Shown here one piece after another: positions 9,656 to 20,338 of a DNA stretch of 44,763 nucleotides. The notes under the pieces were generated by a model, which ran no database searches, had not been told where the DNA came from, and saw nothing but the letters and a program-made list of their open reading frames with translations. The stretch comes from an uncultured Oscillospiraceae bacterium (GTDB lineage: Bacteria; Bacillota; Clostridia; Oscillospirales; Ruminococcaceae), in contig CAYJII010000005.1 in NCBI GenBank assembly GCA_964370225.1, positions 1 through 44,763 of the forward strand. The letters are read 5' to 3'. Numbering within the stretch: position 1 is the first letter of the stretch; every line of letters begins with the position of its first letter. Both the position numbers and the translations under genes were made by a program.

Positions 9656-10987
9656 TTATCTTTTCGCGCTATTTTTTTTCTTTTTCTTGTTATAATTTAC
9701 AGCATAAAAAATGTAAAGTATAATTATAACAATTATCGCTATAAAACTAAACTGAATATATCCGTTTGAGAAAAATTGTCCTAACCTATCCAAAGTGTAC
9801 AACATCGCACTTCGCTGCACATCATCACTTGCTACTAACGGTACTGTTGCAATAACTTCACCATAAAGCGATAGTTCAAGTGAACCTAACACATCACCCT
9901 TTTTAACAGGAGCTTCTACTGTTTCAGTTGCGAATATCTCTTTTTCGATAGTATCCAAATCAATGTCATACGGCAAAAACGCACTCATAGTTTCTTGCGG
10001 TGTAATAATGACATAATTTTCATCTGCTGCAGCTAAGCTTACTGGTATTTCCCTTGCTAAAAAAGAACTATCAATTATATTCACCATTTGAAAAGTGTCA
10101 AATGCCCATTCATAAATATTTGAAGTATCAACATACGAATTTTGCACAGTATGCCCTGTTTCATCTTGATATATCGGCGACGCAAGCACGACTAATAAAT
10201 AGTTGTATCCGTCGTCAGAAGCAATAGTTACCAAATTTTTCGTGTTTATCCCTGTAGTTCCAGTTTTAAGCCCTATTACAGTAGAGTCGTAATATCTACC
10301 ACCCAAGTTTTGCGATAACATAAAATTGGTATGAACTACATTGCGTGGTTGCGAGTGCTTGTTTGTTACAGGCATCTCATAGATTTGAGTTGATGCTATC
10401 TCAGTAAAAAATGGTAAATCTAAAGCATATTGTGTAATCAAAAACATGTCATATGCAGTTGTGTATTGATTAGTGTCATCTAGACCATGCGGATCGGTGA
10501 AATATGTGTTATTTGCACCAATCTCTTTCGCTTTTGCATTCATCATATCGACGAAATCAGCTTGATTTCCACCCGCAACATGCTCTGCGATGATGCCTGC
10601 AGATTCACACGCAGACTGCAGTATTAGTGCGTAAAGCAAGTCAATCATTCGCACTTCTTCCCCGACTCTAATATCGGCATTAGATGCATTCTTGCCATAA
10701 ATATCGTTAAATACAGTCACATTTGCTGTGACTAAAACTTCTAAGTCCGGTGTATTTTCGATAGCGATTATAGCAGTCATTATCTTAACTAGTGACGCTG
10801 GTGGAAGCGCTTTGTCGGAATTTTTTTCATACATAATGTTATTCGTATCAAGATTGTATAAAAGTACCGCATCACTCTTCACTTCAAAATCCGGTTCAAA
10901 TGTTGGTTGTGCAAATATTTTTGTCGAAAAAGAAAATATAATTGTCATCACTACCATTAAAGCGACAATCTTCTTCATAAAATGCAA
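9656..10987 (-). CDS. D-alanyl-D-alanine carboxypeptidase (serine-type, PBP5/DacB-like) with C-terminal membrane anchor
   Basis: SxxK active-site motif ASLVKIM, a signal peptide, and a C-terminal hydrophobic segment with a lysine tail. Confidence 0.8.
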   Translation of the reverse strand: MHFMKKIVALMVVMTIIFSFSTKIFAQPTFEPDFEVKSDAVLLYNLDTNNIMYEKNSDKALPPASLVKIMTAIIAIENTPDLEVLVTANVTVFNDIYGKNASNADIRVGEEVRMIDLLYALILQSACESAGIIAEHVAGGNQADFVDMMNAKAKEIGANNTYFTDPHGLDDTNQYTTAYDMFLITQYALDLPFFTEIASTQIYEMPVTNKHSQPRNVVHTNFMLSQNLGGRYYDSTVIGLKTGTTGINTKNLVTIASDDGYNYLLVVLASPIYQDETGHTVQNSYVDTSNIYEWAFDTFQMVNIIDSSFLAREIPVSLAAADENYVIITPQETMSAFLPYDIDLDTIEKEIFATETVEAPVKKGDVLGSLELSLYGEVIATVPLVASDDVQRSAMLYTLDRLGQFFSNGYIQFSFIAIIVIIILYIFYAVNYNKKKKKNSAKR

Positions 10988-10996
10988 AATCCCTTC

Positions 10997-11932
10997 TTAA
11001 TCGAGTTTAAAATAAATTTTTGATATGTCTATTGCCATTTTTATGCTGTTTGACAATTCAGTTAAATCAGAAAATTTTTGTTCTTCTCTGATGAATTTTT
11101 TAAGTTTTGTTTTTATTTTCTTGCCATATAAATTTCTGTCAATTCCAATTATATGTGTCTCAGATAAAGGTGCACCATCACTATCCACCGTAGGTTTTAC
11201 CCCAATGTTTGTAATGCTTGGGTATTCAACTCCGTCTAAGATAGCGGCTGAAATATATACCCCATATTTGGGTACGACTACATCAGGCGAAAATCTTTGG
11301 TTTATTGTAGGACAATCAATTGTGCGCCCTAATTGCTTACCTTTCACAACTTCCTCAAATACGAAATAATCAAAACCAAGCAATTTATTCGCAAATTCGA
11401 TGTCCCCATTTAATAATGCATTTCTAATTTCAGTCGAGCTTACTTTGTTATTATCATCATAAAGCAAAGGTTTTGTAATTCGGACTTCTATCCCAAAGTC
11501 ACTACACACTTCTTTTAAGTATTGCACATTACCTCGTGCTTTATTCCCAAATTTAAAATCTTCACCGCAACATAAAACTTTAGCCTTAAGCTTTTCATGT
11601 AGCACAGTTTTAATAAAGTCATACGGTGCTATTGATTTTATCTCATCAAAATCTGGCATATAAATGCCGTCAATCTCAAATTCTGAGAGTATATCAAGCT
11701 TAACAGATGTGGTGAAAATATCTTTTTGTGCAATCTTTTTTTGTGGTCTGTCATTTTTTGTCGTAAACGTAAAAATTAGTGCATTGTTATCGCCTTTATT
11801 ATCTATCGCATAGTCAATAATTTTCTTGTGCCCTAAATGTACACCGTCAAAGAGACCAAGCGCTACAATGCTATTTTTTTTGCTATCATAATTATTTGAA
11901 ATTACCTTAAAATCCTTAGTATCTTCCGCCAA
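10997..11932 (-). CDS. ribF: bifunctional riboflavin kinase / FMN adenylyltransferase
   Basis: GLFDGVHLGHKKII nucleotidyltransferase motif plus a C-terminal riboflavin kinase domain. Conserved position downstream of truB. Confidence 0.9.
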   Translation of the reverse strand: MAEDTKDFKVISNNYDSKKNSIVALGLFDGVHLGHKKIIDYAIDNKGDNNALIFTFTTKNDRPQKKIAQKDIFTTSVKLDILSEFEIDGIYMPDFDEIKSIAPYDFIKTVLHEKLKAKVLCCGEDFKFGNKARGNVQYLKEVCSDFGIEVRITKPLLYDDNNKVSSTEIRNALLNGDIEFANKLLGFDYFVFEEVVKGKQLGRTIDCPTINQRFSPDVVVPKYGVYISAAILDGVEYPSITNIGVKPTVDSDGAPLSETHIIGIDRNLYGKKIKTKLKKFIREEQKFSDLTELSNSIKMAIDISKIYFKLD

Positions 11933-11948
11933 AATCTCACCTCGAAAA

Positions 11949-12842
11949 TTATCTGTTAAATATCTTTTCTATTACTAATTCCATTTTTTCTAAATTAAGC
12001 TTTGCTAGTCCTAAAAAAACATTCTCATTGTCATAAACTGCATAGCTTGAATCGTATTCTTCATATATCACTCGATTTAAATCAAGTTTAACTCCATTTT
12101 TAAACTTATGCGATTGTACTTCATTTAGCTTTATTCGTGGCAATGAGCTAAACACTGAATGTGTCGGATGTAAAACTTCTTCGATTGTGCCTTTATCCAT
12201 GTAGCTTTGTAGTTGCTCCATGGTGTAACAATCATCTAATGTAAAATCCCCAACTTTATTGCGCACAAGCGAAGTTAGTGTTGCACCTACCCCGAGCTTT
12301 TCCCCAATATCATTGCAAATAGTACGGATATAAGTTCCTTTTGAGCACAACACCTCTATGGTGCATAGCTGATTTTCTTCGTCAAACTCAAGTATATCAA
12401 GTTTATGTACTGTCACATCTCTAGTTTTTCTCTCAACCTCAACTCCAGTGCGAGCTATGTCATAAAGTCTTTGCCCATTAACTCGAACAGCCGAATACAT
12501 CGGCGGTAGTTGCTTGATATTTCCTAGGAAATCTTTCGCTACTTCTTCTATCTCATTTAAAGTAGCATTACTTTCGCATTCATTTTGTACTTCCCCGGTT
12601 ATATCTAAAGTATCAGTAGTCAAGCCAAGCTTAAATTGCGCAATATACCCTTTGTTGTCATTAGGCATAATGTCGCAAACTTTAGTAGCATTGCCTAAAA
12701 ACAGTGGCAATACCCCTGTAGCCATTGGGTCGAGTGTTCCTGCGTGTCCCACTTTTCTAGTTTTTAGTATGCCTCTTGACTTTGCAACCACATCAAAAGA
12801 TGTCCAATCTGTGGGTTTGTTTACACAAATAATCCCATTCAT
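11949..12842 (-). CDS. truB: tRNA pseudouridine(55) synthase
   Basis: GHAGTLDPMATGVL catalytic Asp motif. Length 297 aa. Confidence 0.9.
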   Translation of the reverse strand: MNGIICVNKPTDWTSFDVVAKSRGILKTRKVGHAGTLDPMATGVLPLFLGNATKVCDIMPNDNKGYIAQFKLGLTTDTLDITGEVQNECESNATLNEIEEVAKDFLGNIKQLPPMYSAVRVNGQRLYDIARTGVEVERKTRDVTVHKLDILEFDEENQLCTIEVLCSKGTYIRTICNDIGEKLGVGATLTSLVRNKVGDFTLDDCYTMEQLQSYMDKGTIEEVLHPTHSVFSSLPRIKLNEVQSHKFKNGVKLDLNRVIYEEYDSSYAVYDNENVFLGLAKLNLEKMELVIEKIFNR

Positions 12843-13795
12843 TATTTACTCTCCATTGCTTTAATTACTTGTGTGATAATCATGTTTTTGACTTCATCAT
12901 ATTTTCCCTCTAACATGCAACCTGCGGCTCTTTTATGCCCACCGCCACCAAAGCTTCTGCACACCTCAGAAGAATCAATAATATCAGAACTTCTTAATGA
13001 AATTTTATAAGAGCTCTCATCACGTTTTTTTATCGTAATTCCAACTTCTGCTCCTTCAACTTGTCTAGAAATTGCAGCTATTCCCTCGAGTTCTCCTTCG
13101 TCAATACCAAGTTCGCTAATTAAATCAGTTGGCATTTGAAGTACCACAATTTGGTTATTATGGTAAAATTCTAGATTATCCAGTACAGAGCGCTCTACCA
13201 AAATTCTATTTTTAGTCTTAACTTCAAACAATAGTCTGTTTATCATCTCATATTCACAACCATGCTCAAAAAGCTCAGCGGCTATGCGATGAGTTCGTGC
13301 GGTTGTGTTTGAAAATTTAAACAGTCCGGTGTCCGAAATTACGCCTGTATATACTGAATTTGCTATCAAGCTGTTCAGCTTTACATTCATTAATTTGAGT
13401 AAATCGTACATAATTTCACAATTTGACGCTGATTTTATGTCAACATAGTTGTGTTTTGCAAAAGAAGCTCCAGTAAGGTGATGATCAATCCGTAAATCAA
13501 TTTTTTCCTTTAGATGTTCAAATTTACTTCCAATTAAAGCTAAATCTGCAACATCTACAGTTACAATAAAGTCAAAATCAATCATTTGTTGAGCTTCTTC
13601 CATTTGCATGTACGAGTATTTTTTCGGAAATTCATCAGCGCACCCTACGCACGCATTTTTCCCTAAGGATTTTAATGCGTGGTATAAAGCAAATGCACTT
13701 CCGGTAGTGTCGCCGTCAGGAGATTTGTGAGATAGTATAAGTATATTGTCATTAGAAAGCAAAAGCTCAGCAACTTGTTTTAAACTAATATCCAC
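12842..13795 (-). CDS. nrnA: DHH/DHHA1 phosphoesterase (NrnA-type nanoRNase / pAp phosphatase)
   Basis: DHH motif (RIDHHL) and DHHA1 GGGH motif (FGGGGHKRAAG). Conserved position between rbfA and truB. Confidence 0.85.
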   Translation of the reverse strand: MDISLKQVAELLLSNDNILILSHKSPDGDTTGSAFALYHALKSLGKNACVGCADEFPKKYSYMQMEEAQQMIDFDFIVTVDVADLALIGSKFEHLKEKIDLRIDHHLTGASFAKHNYVDIKSASNCEIMYDLLKLMNVKLNSLIANSVYTGVISDTGLFKFSNTTARTHRIAAELFEHGCEYEMINRLLFEVKTKNRILVERSVLDNLEFYHNNQIVVLQMPTDLISELGIDEGELEGIAAISRQVEGAEVGITIKKRDESSYKISLRSSDIIDSSEVCRSFGGGGHKRAAGCMLEGKYDEVKNMIITQVIKAMESK

Positions 13796-13807
13796 AATAA
13801 TCCCCCT

Positions 13808-14155
13808 CTATTTGTCCTTATTCATATCAACAAAAATTTTATTTATTTTAGCACCGTATTCAATTGAATCATCTGCTTGGAAAATAAGCTCAGGGCATTT
13901 TCTTAGCTTTAGATTGCGAGAAATCTCTCTTTTTATAAAACCAGAAGCACTTTTTAAGCCCTCAACAGATTTTTTCGCAGCATCAAATCCTTCTATAGTA
14001 CTAACATAAACGGTGCAAAATGATAAATCATTTGTAACATTTACTTTTACGATGCTCAGCATGCTTGATATTCTAGGATCTTTTAGTTCCCTAATTATAT
14101 TGCTAAGCTCTACTTGCATTTCATGTGTCACTCTACCAATTTTATAACCTGCCAT
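13808..14155 (-). CDS. rbfA: ribosome-binding factor A
   Basis: 115-aa KH-like protein directly downstream of infB. Confidence 0.9.
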   Translation of the reverse strand: MAGYKIGRVTHEMQVELSNIIRELKDPRISSMLSIVKVNVTNDLSFCTVYVSTIEGFDAAKKSVEGLKSASGFIKREISRNLKLRKCPELIFQADDSIEYGAKINKIFVDMNKDK

Positions 14156-14185
14156 TGTGACCGCCTTTCATTATATTAACATGAA

Positions 14186-16777
14186 TTAATCTCTGTATTC
14201 TTCAATGATGAATGATTCTAGCTCATCACCATCTTTAATATCATTAAATCGCTCAAGACCAATACCGCACTCGTATCCTTGTGCAACTTCTTTTGCGTCT
14301 TCTTTAAATCTTTTTAGTGAGTCAATTTTATCCTCAGCAATTACGATACCGTCACGTACTACACGAATAAGCGCACTACGCACAACTTTACCTTCAGTAA
14401 CATAACAACCAGCGATAGTACCAACATTTGTAATTCTATAAACTTGACGAACTTGTGCGCGACCAAGCTCAACTTCTCTTTTCTTAGGATCAAGAAGACC
14501 TTTCATCGCTTGTTTAACATCATCAATTGCATCATAAATAATTCTGTATAGTCTAATTTCAACATCGCCTGACTCAGATAATTCTCTAGCTGTGCTATCA
14601 GGTCTTACGTTAAAGCCGATGATGATAGCGCCAGATGCTTGAGCTAGCATAACATCAGAACGGTTAATCGCACCAACACCGCCATGGATAACTCTTACAC
14701 GCACTTCTTCTGTTGTAAGTTTTTCTAGTGATTGTTTAACTGCTTCAACAGAACCGTTAACATCTCCTTTTACAACTATAGGAAGTTCTTTAACTTCACC
14801 TTGAGCAATTTGGCTAAATAGATTATCTAAAGTAACTTTTTGGTATTGGTTAAATGTTTCTTCTTTTTCTTGATGTTTTCTTTGCTCAACAAGCTCTCTT
14901 GCAAGACGCTCATTTCCAACAGCTGCAAAATCATCCCCAGCAGTTGGTACTTCTGCAAGACCAGAAATTTCTACAGGTACACATGGTCCAGCTACTTGAA
15001 TTTCTTCGCCTTTATCGTTAAGCATCGCACGTACTCTACCTACTGTAGTGCCCGCAATGATAACATCCCCAACTTTAAGTGTACCATTTTGTACAAGCAT
15101 AGTTGCAAGTGGACCTTTACCAACATCAAGTCTTGATTCGATAACTGTACCTTTAGCAAGACGATTTGGATTAGCTTTTAACTCAAGCATATCAGCAGTT
15201 AATTGCACCATATCAAGCAAATGCTCCATACCCTCACCAGTGTGAGCAGATACAGGGCAACAAACGATATTTCCGCCCCATTCCTCAGCAACAAGCTCAT
15301 GCTCTGTAAGCTCTTGTTTAACTCTATCTGGGTTTGCAGTTGGTTTATCCATTTTATTAATCGCAACGATAATTTCAATTCCAGCAGCTTTAGCATGGTT
15401 AATTGCTTCAACTGTTTGTGGCATTATACCATCATCAGCAGCTACAACTAGTATTGCGATATCAGTTGCAAGCGCACCACGTGCTCTCATCGCTGTAAAC
15501 GCTTCGTGTCCAGGTGTATCTAAGAAAGTGATGTTTTTGCCATTGATATTTACCATATAAGAACCGATGTGTTGAGTAATACCACCAGCTTCTCCAGAAG
15601 TAACATCAGCATCTCTAATTTTATCAAGGATAGAAGTTTTACCATGGTCAACGTGTCCCATTACAACAACGATAGGACCTCTATCTTCTAACATATCCTC
15701 TGTATCTTCTTCTTCAACGAAAAGTCTCTCTTCAATCGTTACTACGATTTCTCTTTCAACTTTTGCTCCTAATTCTTCTGCAACTAACGCACCTGTATCA
15801 TAGTCGATAACTTGATTTTGGCTAGCCATTACGCCTAAAAGCATTAGTTTTTTGATAACTTCGCTCACGTTAACTTTAAGTCTAATAGCAAGTTCGCTAA
15901 CAGTAATTTCTGGAGGAATAGAAACCGTAAGTTGTTGTTTTCTTGCTTTTTGTAAAGCAAGTCTATTAAGCTTTTCTGCTTCTGTTTCTCTTTTATTAGA
16001 AAACTTAGCTTTATTTCTTTGAACTGATTTTTGATTTAACTTTTGTTTTCTAGTGCTGTTTTCGTATTTTTTTGCAGGAGCAATTTGCTCGTATCTCTCA
16101 TTGTATTTATCCAAGTTTATTTCAACCGTTTTAGTATCAACATGGCGTACGTTTTCTTCGTACTGACGTGTATTCTCTTCCATTTTTGAATGCATAATTG
16201 GTTGGTTGTTAGCTTTAGGTTGTGGTTTTACTGGATGTTTTGGTTTTTGCACTGGGTTAACAGACGCATTTTTTGCAGCTTCAAATCTTGATTTGTCAAT
16301 AACATGCTTAACATTAGATTTTGGTGCGGCATTATTATTTGGAGCATTATTTGGTCTTCTGTTATCCACTCTTTGATTTTGATTTCTATTTTGGTTTTGG
16401 TTTTGGTTTTGGTTTTGGTTTTGTTGTGGTGCTCTATTAGCATCCTTTTTGAATGGTTTGTCTTTATTTGCGTTTGCATTTGCATTAGGTGCAGCTGGAG
16501 CAGGTTTTTCACTTTTAGCTGGAACTTCAGCCTTAGGTTTTGCAGCTACTGCAGGAGCTTTTGCAATTGCTTGTTTTTTCTGATTAAAGTATTCATTTAA
16601 ATCACTTACTTGATTTTTTTGTGTGAAGTGCTCAAATACTACATTAAGCTCCTCATCAGTTAAAGCAGTCATATGCTTTTTAGTTTCTTTAAAATATTGC
16701 TCTAGTAGAGAAATAATCTCTTTATTATCAACATTTAAATCTTTTGCTACTTCGTGCAAACGATATTTTATATTCAT
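14186..16777 (-). CDS. infB: translation initiation factor IF-2
   Basis: [10 protein letters not shown]1 motif, DTPGH, NKMD. 863 aa with a low-complexity N-terminal region. Confidence 0.95.
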   Translation of the reverse strand: MNIKYRLHEVAKDLNVDNKEIISLLEQYFKETKKHMTALTDEELNVVFEHFTQKNQVSDLNEYFNQKKQAIAKAPAVAAKPKAEVPAKSEKPAPAAPNANANANKDKPFKKDANRAPQQNQNQNQNQNQNRNQNQRVDNRRPNNAPNNNAAPKSNVKHVIDKSRFEAAKNASVNPVQKPKHPVKPQPKANNQPIMHSKMEENTRQYEENVRHVDTKTVEINLDKYNERYEQIAPAKKYENSTRKQKLNQKSVQRNKAKFSNKRETEAEKLNRLALQKARKQQLTVSIPPEITVSELAIRLKVNVSEVIKKLMLLGVMASQNQVIDYDTGALVAEELGAKVEREIVVTIEERLFVEEEDTEDMLEDRGPIVVVMGHVDHGKTSILDKIRDADVTSGEAGGITQHIGSYMVNINGKNITFLDTPGHEAFTAMRARGALATDIAILVVAADDGIMPQTVEAINHAKAAGIEIIVAINKMDKPTANPDRVKQELTEHELVAEEWGGNIVCCPVSAHTGEGMEHLLDMVQLTADMLELKANPNRLAKGTVIESRLDVGKGPLATMLVQNGTLKVGDVIIAGTTVGRVRAMLNDKGEEIQVAGPCVPVEISGLAEVPTAGDDFAAVGNERLARELVEQRKHQEKEETFNQYQKVTLDNLFSQIAQGEVKELPIVVKGDVNGSVEAVKQSLEKLTTEEVRVRVIHGGVGAINRSDVMLAQASGAIIIGFNVRPDSTARELSESGDVEIRLYRIIYDAIDDVKQAMKGLLDPKKREVELGRAQVRQVYRITNVGTIAGCYVTEGKVVRSALIRVVRDGIVIAEDKIDSLKRFKEDAKEVAQGYECGIGLERFNDIKDGDELESFIIEEYRD
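16389..16423. repeat. hexanucleotide tandem repeat (TTTTGG/CCAAAA)x~5.5 inside infB, encoding [10 protein letters not shown]
   Basis: Directly visible microsatellite. A GCATTTGC x2 unit nearby encodes NANANA. Confidence 0.75.
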
Positions 16778-16830
16778 TCACTAACCTCCGTTATTATAAT
16801 CCGACTTGAGTTAAACTATTGTCATCTGTA

Positions 16831-17115
16831 TCATAAAAATTTTTTTGCAAAATTTTCGTCCGAGATAGCCAGCACACCCACACGCTTACCTAGCGCATGT
16901 TCAAACTCTGACATTGCGATATCAGTTTTCTTATGTGGTATCTCATATTTGTCACATAAAAACAGCATTTCTTTGACTGTTTTTTCGGATAAATCATTCG
17001 CTAAAATGATAACAAAAACCTTTTTCTCTTGCATAGCAAGCTTTACTAGGTCAAACCCCATCACAAGCTTATTTATTCGCCTACAAAATGTGATGCTCGA
17101 TAAGTCATTATTCAT
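16831..17115 (-). CDS. ylxQ: L7Ae-family RNA-binding protein YlxQ
   Basis: 94 aa located between ylxR and infB in the conserved nusA-infB operon. Confidence 0.8.
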   Translation of the reverse strand: MNNDLSSITFCRRINKLVMGFDLVKLAMQEKKVFVIILANDLSEKTVKEMLFLCDKYEIPHKKTDIAMSEFEHALGKRVGVLAISDENFAKKFL

Positions 17116-17383
17116 TCTCGCTCATTTCCTTTTCCATGTTATCATATACTTCTTGAGGTATCTTGCATGATAACCCACGCTCAAAACCTCTACTTTTAAT
17201 TGCTTTTTTTAAACATTCACTACTTTTGCAAACATATGCGCCCCTACCGGATTTTTTACCCGATAAGTCCAGTGAAACTTCATCCTCAGGGCTTTTCACT
17301 ACACGAACTAACTCTTTTTTAGGAAACATCTGATTGCAACCAGTACATTTTCTAAGAGGAATTTTTCTTTTTTTATTTTGCAT
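17108..17383 (-). CDS. ylxR: YlxR/DUF448 RNA-binding protein
   Basis: 91 aa with the CxxC...GRGAYxC motif, immediately downstream of nusA. Confidence 0.8.
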   Translation of the reverse strand: MQNKKRKIPLRKCTGCNQMFPKKELVRVVKSPEDEVSLDLSGKKSGRGAYVCKSSECLKKAIKSRGFERGLSCKIPQEVYDNMEKEMSENE

Positions 17384-17406
17384 GTAATTCCCTCCAAACT
17401 AAAAAA

Positions 17407-18462
17407 TTATTCTTCTCCGTAAAATCCGCTTTCAGGTTTAATATCAATTTTAAATCCTGTAAGTCTCGCTGCAAGTTTTGCGTTTTGCCCTTTATTACCA
17501 ATAGCTAGTGAAAGCTGATTGTCAGGAACAGTTACTTTGCACACTCTAGCTTCTGGGTCAAGGATTTCTACGCTCACAACATCAGAAGGAGAAAGTGCTT
17601 GTGCAATAAACTCTTCTGGACTTTCGCTGAATTTTACAACATCAATTTTTTCGCCATGTAATTCATTTACAATATTAGCAACCCTCATACCTTTAGGGCC
17701 GATACACGAACCAACTGGATCGATATTCTCATCTTTAGAGAAAACTGCTATTTTTGTTCTCGAACCTGCTTCTCTTGAGATTGATTTTACTTCTACATTG
17801 CCATCATATATTTCAGGCACTTCGTTTTCAAACAATCTTTTAACCATGTCTTTATGTGTGCGAGATACTTTTATTGAGCATCTGCGCTCAGTGCTTACAA
17901 CATCGTTTACGTAAACTCTTATTCTTTGGCCTTCTACTAAAGTTTCACCAGGGATCTGCTCATTTTTAAATAGGATAACTTCGTTTTTATCGATTTCAAT
18001 AGTAGCATTTCCTGTTTTTGGTTCAATTTTTTGCACCACAGCTGGTACTACTTCAAATAGTTTTGATTTGTATTGCTCTAACATTTGAGCTTTTACAGCT
18101 TCATTGATTGCTTGGTGAATCAAGTTTTTGCCAGATTGTGCTGCTATTCTTCCGATTTGCTTAGTATCAAGTTTTGTGGTTAATTTGGAGCCAACTTTAA
18201 CGCGCTTGTTTTTAAGCAGTGCATCTTCTAAGCTGATTTGTGAAGTTTCGTCTTCTACTTCTTCAACAACATCTCTAACAATCGCAACCTTAAATTTCTT
18301 ATCATCTTGGTCAATTTCAATTATTACATTGTCATCGCCTACATTATAATACTTTTTCACAGCAACAGTAATTGCATTTTTAATGTGATCAAGTATACTC
18401 TCAACTGTTATTCCTTTTTCAACCTCTAATAAGTGCAAGGCATCAAAAAAATCATTGTTCAT
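17407..18462 (-). CDS. nusA: transcription termination/antitermination factor NusA
   Basis: N-terminal domain followed by S1 and two KH domains (GxxG motifs IGPKGMRV, IGNKGQN). Confidence 0.93.
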   Translation of the reverse strand: MNNDFFDALHLLEVEKGITVESILDHIKNAITVAVKKYYNVGDDNVIIEIDQDDKKFKVAIVRDVVEEVEDETSQISLEDALLKNKRVKVGSKLTTKLDTKQIGRIAAQSGKNLIHQAINEAVKAQMLEQYKSKLFEVVPAVVQKIEPKTGNATIEIDKNEVILFKNEQIPGETLVEGQRIRVYVNDVVSTERRCSIKVSRTHKDMVKRLFENEVPEIYDGNVEVKSISREAGSRTKIAVFSKDENIDPVGSCIGPKGMRVANIVNELHGEKIDVVKFSESPEEFIAQALSPSDVVSVEILDPEARVCKVTVPDNQLSLAIGNKGQNAKLAARLTGFKIDIKPESGFYGEE

Positions 18463-18499
18463 CTTATTATTCTTCCTTTCAAACTACTAAAAACAACTG

Positions 18500-18976
18500 C
18501 TACATGGTATCGACATCATCATTAAGTCTGACATTTGAGCAATCTGTAAAATTAAAACTTTGCTCGCCACTCTCTGACTCTATGGTAATAACATTATCTA
18601 TAAAAGATACTAACACGCCAAAAAACTCACGTTCTCCATCAACTGGTCTTATCAGTTTTATTGCGATATCGTCGCCAATGCATACTTCAAAATGGTTTGG
18701 CTTTTTCAGCTCACGCCTCAAGCCCGGAGAAGCAACTTCCAAACTATAGCTTTGTTCGATAAAGTCGTGTTCATCAAGTTTTGAACTCAGTGGCCTACTT
18801 AATGCTTCGCAATCATCAAAAGTGATACCGTCATCTGCATCGATGATTACTAGCACCACCCAGTCAGCTCCCTCTTTTTCAAAGCGAACGTCCCATAAAT
18901 ATAAACCTAAATCATCTGCAATAGGTTTTGCTAAGTCATAAACTAAAGCCGCTGTATTTTTCTTTTGCTTTTTCAC
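18500..18976 (-). CDS. rimP: ribosome maturation factor RimP
   Basis: 158 aa immediately upstream of nusA. The LEVASPGL motif is present. Confidence 0.9.
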   Translation of the reverse strand: MKKQKKNTAALVYDLAKPIADDLGLYLWDVRFEKEGADWVVLVIIDADDGITFDDCEALSRPLSSKLDEHDFIEQSYSLEVASPGLRRELKKPNHFEVCIGDDIAIKLIRPVDGEREFFGVLVSFIDNVITIESESGEQSFNFTDCSNVRLNDDVDTM

Positions 18977-19109
18977 AGTTTTAAAAACTCCTCCTTAAAC
19001 TAAACGAAAGACCGGGCTTAAAACCCAGTCTTTCCTTTCGTACAAATATTTACAGTATATAGTATACCATATCCGTTTTGCATTTGTCAAGCTATTATTA
19101 AAATAAAAG

Positions 19110-20213
19110 CTATACTAACTCAGCGATTTCTTTTAATCTATCAATGATTGGCAAATGTTGTGTACATAGCTTTTCACATTTTTTACAGCTTATGCACTCA
19201 CTCGCTTTTTCAGCAGGAATACCCCAGTGAAATTTTAGTCTGCTTAGCATATCGTTGCCCAAGATTTTTTCGTTGTATGCGTCCATGTATTTTGGTATTT
19301 CTATTCCTTTAGGACACATATCACAATATCCACAGCCCGTACATAGATCGTTTAGCGCAATCCCTTTGTTTTCATATTCAGTAGTAATTTCTGCAGCTGT
19401 TTTCTCAGTTAGGTTTTCTACCGCTTTTACCGCATCATCAACATGCTCTTTTGTAGTAAATCCAGCAAGAGTAATTGTAATCTCTTTATGAGAAGCTACA
19501 AATCTTAACGCTGCTTGAGCAACATTTAAGTCTTCGCCTTCTGTTAAGTATGCAAAATGATCTGGATTTTTCGGAATAAGCCCACCACCAAGAGGATTCA
19601 TTACAACAACACCCATACCATTATCGTATGCTGCTTTTATTCCACTTTGTCTAAATTTATAGTTAAGCGCATTGTATCCTATAAGCATACCTTTAAACTT
19701 ATTAGAGTTTACAATATCTTCAATCCCATCACCTTGCATATGTGAAGAAAATACAATATTTTTTATCAAGCCTTCTGATTTAGCTTGCTCAAAATGTTTA
19801 TATAATAACCCACATTGTTTTTCATAAGAATCGAGACTTAACATACACCATAAATGATAAAAATCAAGGTAATCAACCTTTAGTCTTGTAAGTGTTTGCT
19901 CTAATCTTCTTCTAAAAGCATCACCGGATGAATCGTTGTCCACTGTTCCTAAATTCATTTTGGAAGATACATAGTAGCTATCTCTTTTTAGCTGAGATAA
20001 AGCAATCCCTGTTATAATCTCGCTTTGGTCATCGCAATAAAATGGAGCTGTGTCAAAATAGTTTATACCTTTTTCATGAGCATAAAGCGCTACTTCAGCA
20101 CATTTTTCTAAATTGCCTGCTTTAATGTCGTCTGCATCGTATCTCATACAACCCATTCCGATAGCAGAAACTTTGATTCCTAGGTCACCATACTCTTTTA
20201 AATACATAGTCAA
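19110..20213 (-). CDS. aldo/keto reductase fused to C-terminal 4Fe-4S ferredoxin domain
   Basis: AKR TIM-barrel N-terminus (GMGCMRY, DTAPFY). C-terminal CTGCGYCDMCP and CISCKKCEKLC cysteine clusters. Confidence 0.8.
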   Translation of the reverse strand: MTMYLKEYGDLGIKVSAIGMGCMRYDADDIKAGNLEKCAEVALYAHEKGINYFDTAPFYCDDQSEIITGIALSQLKRDSYYVSSKMNLGTVDNDSSGDAFRRRLEQTLTRLKVDYLDFYHLWCMLSLDSYEKQCGLLYKHFEQAKSEGLIKNIVFSSHMQGDGIEDIVNSNKFKGMLIGYNALNYKFRQSGIKAAYDNGMGVVVMNPLGGGLIPKNPDHFAYLTEGEDLNVAQAALRFVASHKEITITLAGFTTKEHVDDAVKAVENLTEKTAAEITTEYENKGIALNDLCTGCGYCDMCPKGIEIPKYMDAYNEKILGNDMLSRLKFHWGIPAEKASECISCKKCEKLCTQHLPIIDRLKEIAELV

Positions 20214-20338
20214 TCTCCTCGTTATAATAACATTGAATTTTAAAAAATGCTTTTATTTTTATTAAGCATATGATATTATTATACATAGTAAAATTATATT
20301 TTGCAATACCTACTAATATAAGAAAGAGTTGATATCAA

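Noticed and set aside
16228-16600. ORFs encoding KTKTKTKT / LVLVLVLV stretches
   Set aside because: These are frame artefacts of the TTTTGG microsatellite inside infB. The infB frame (NQNQ) is the real one.
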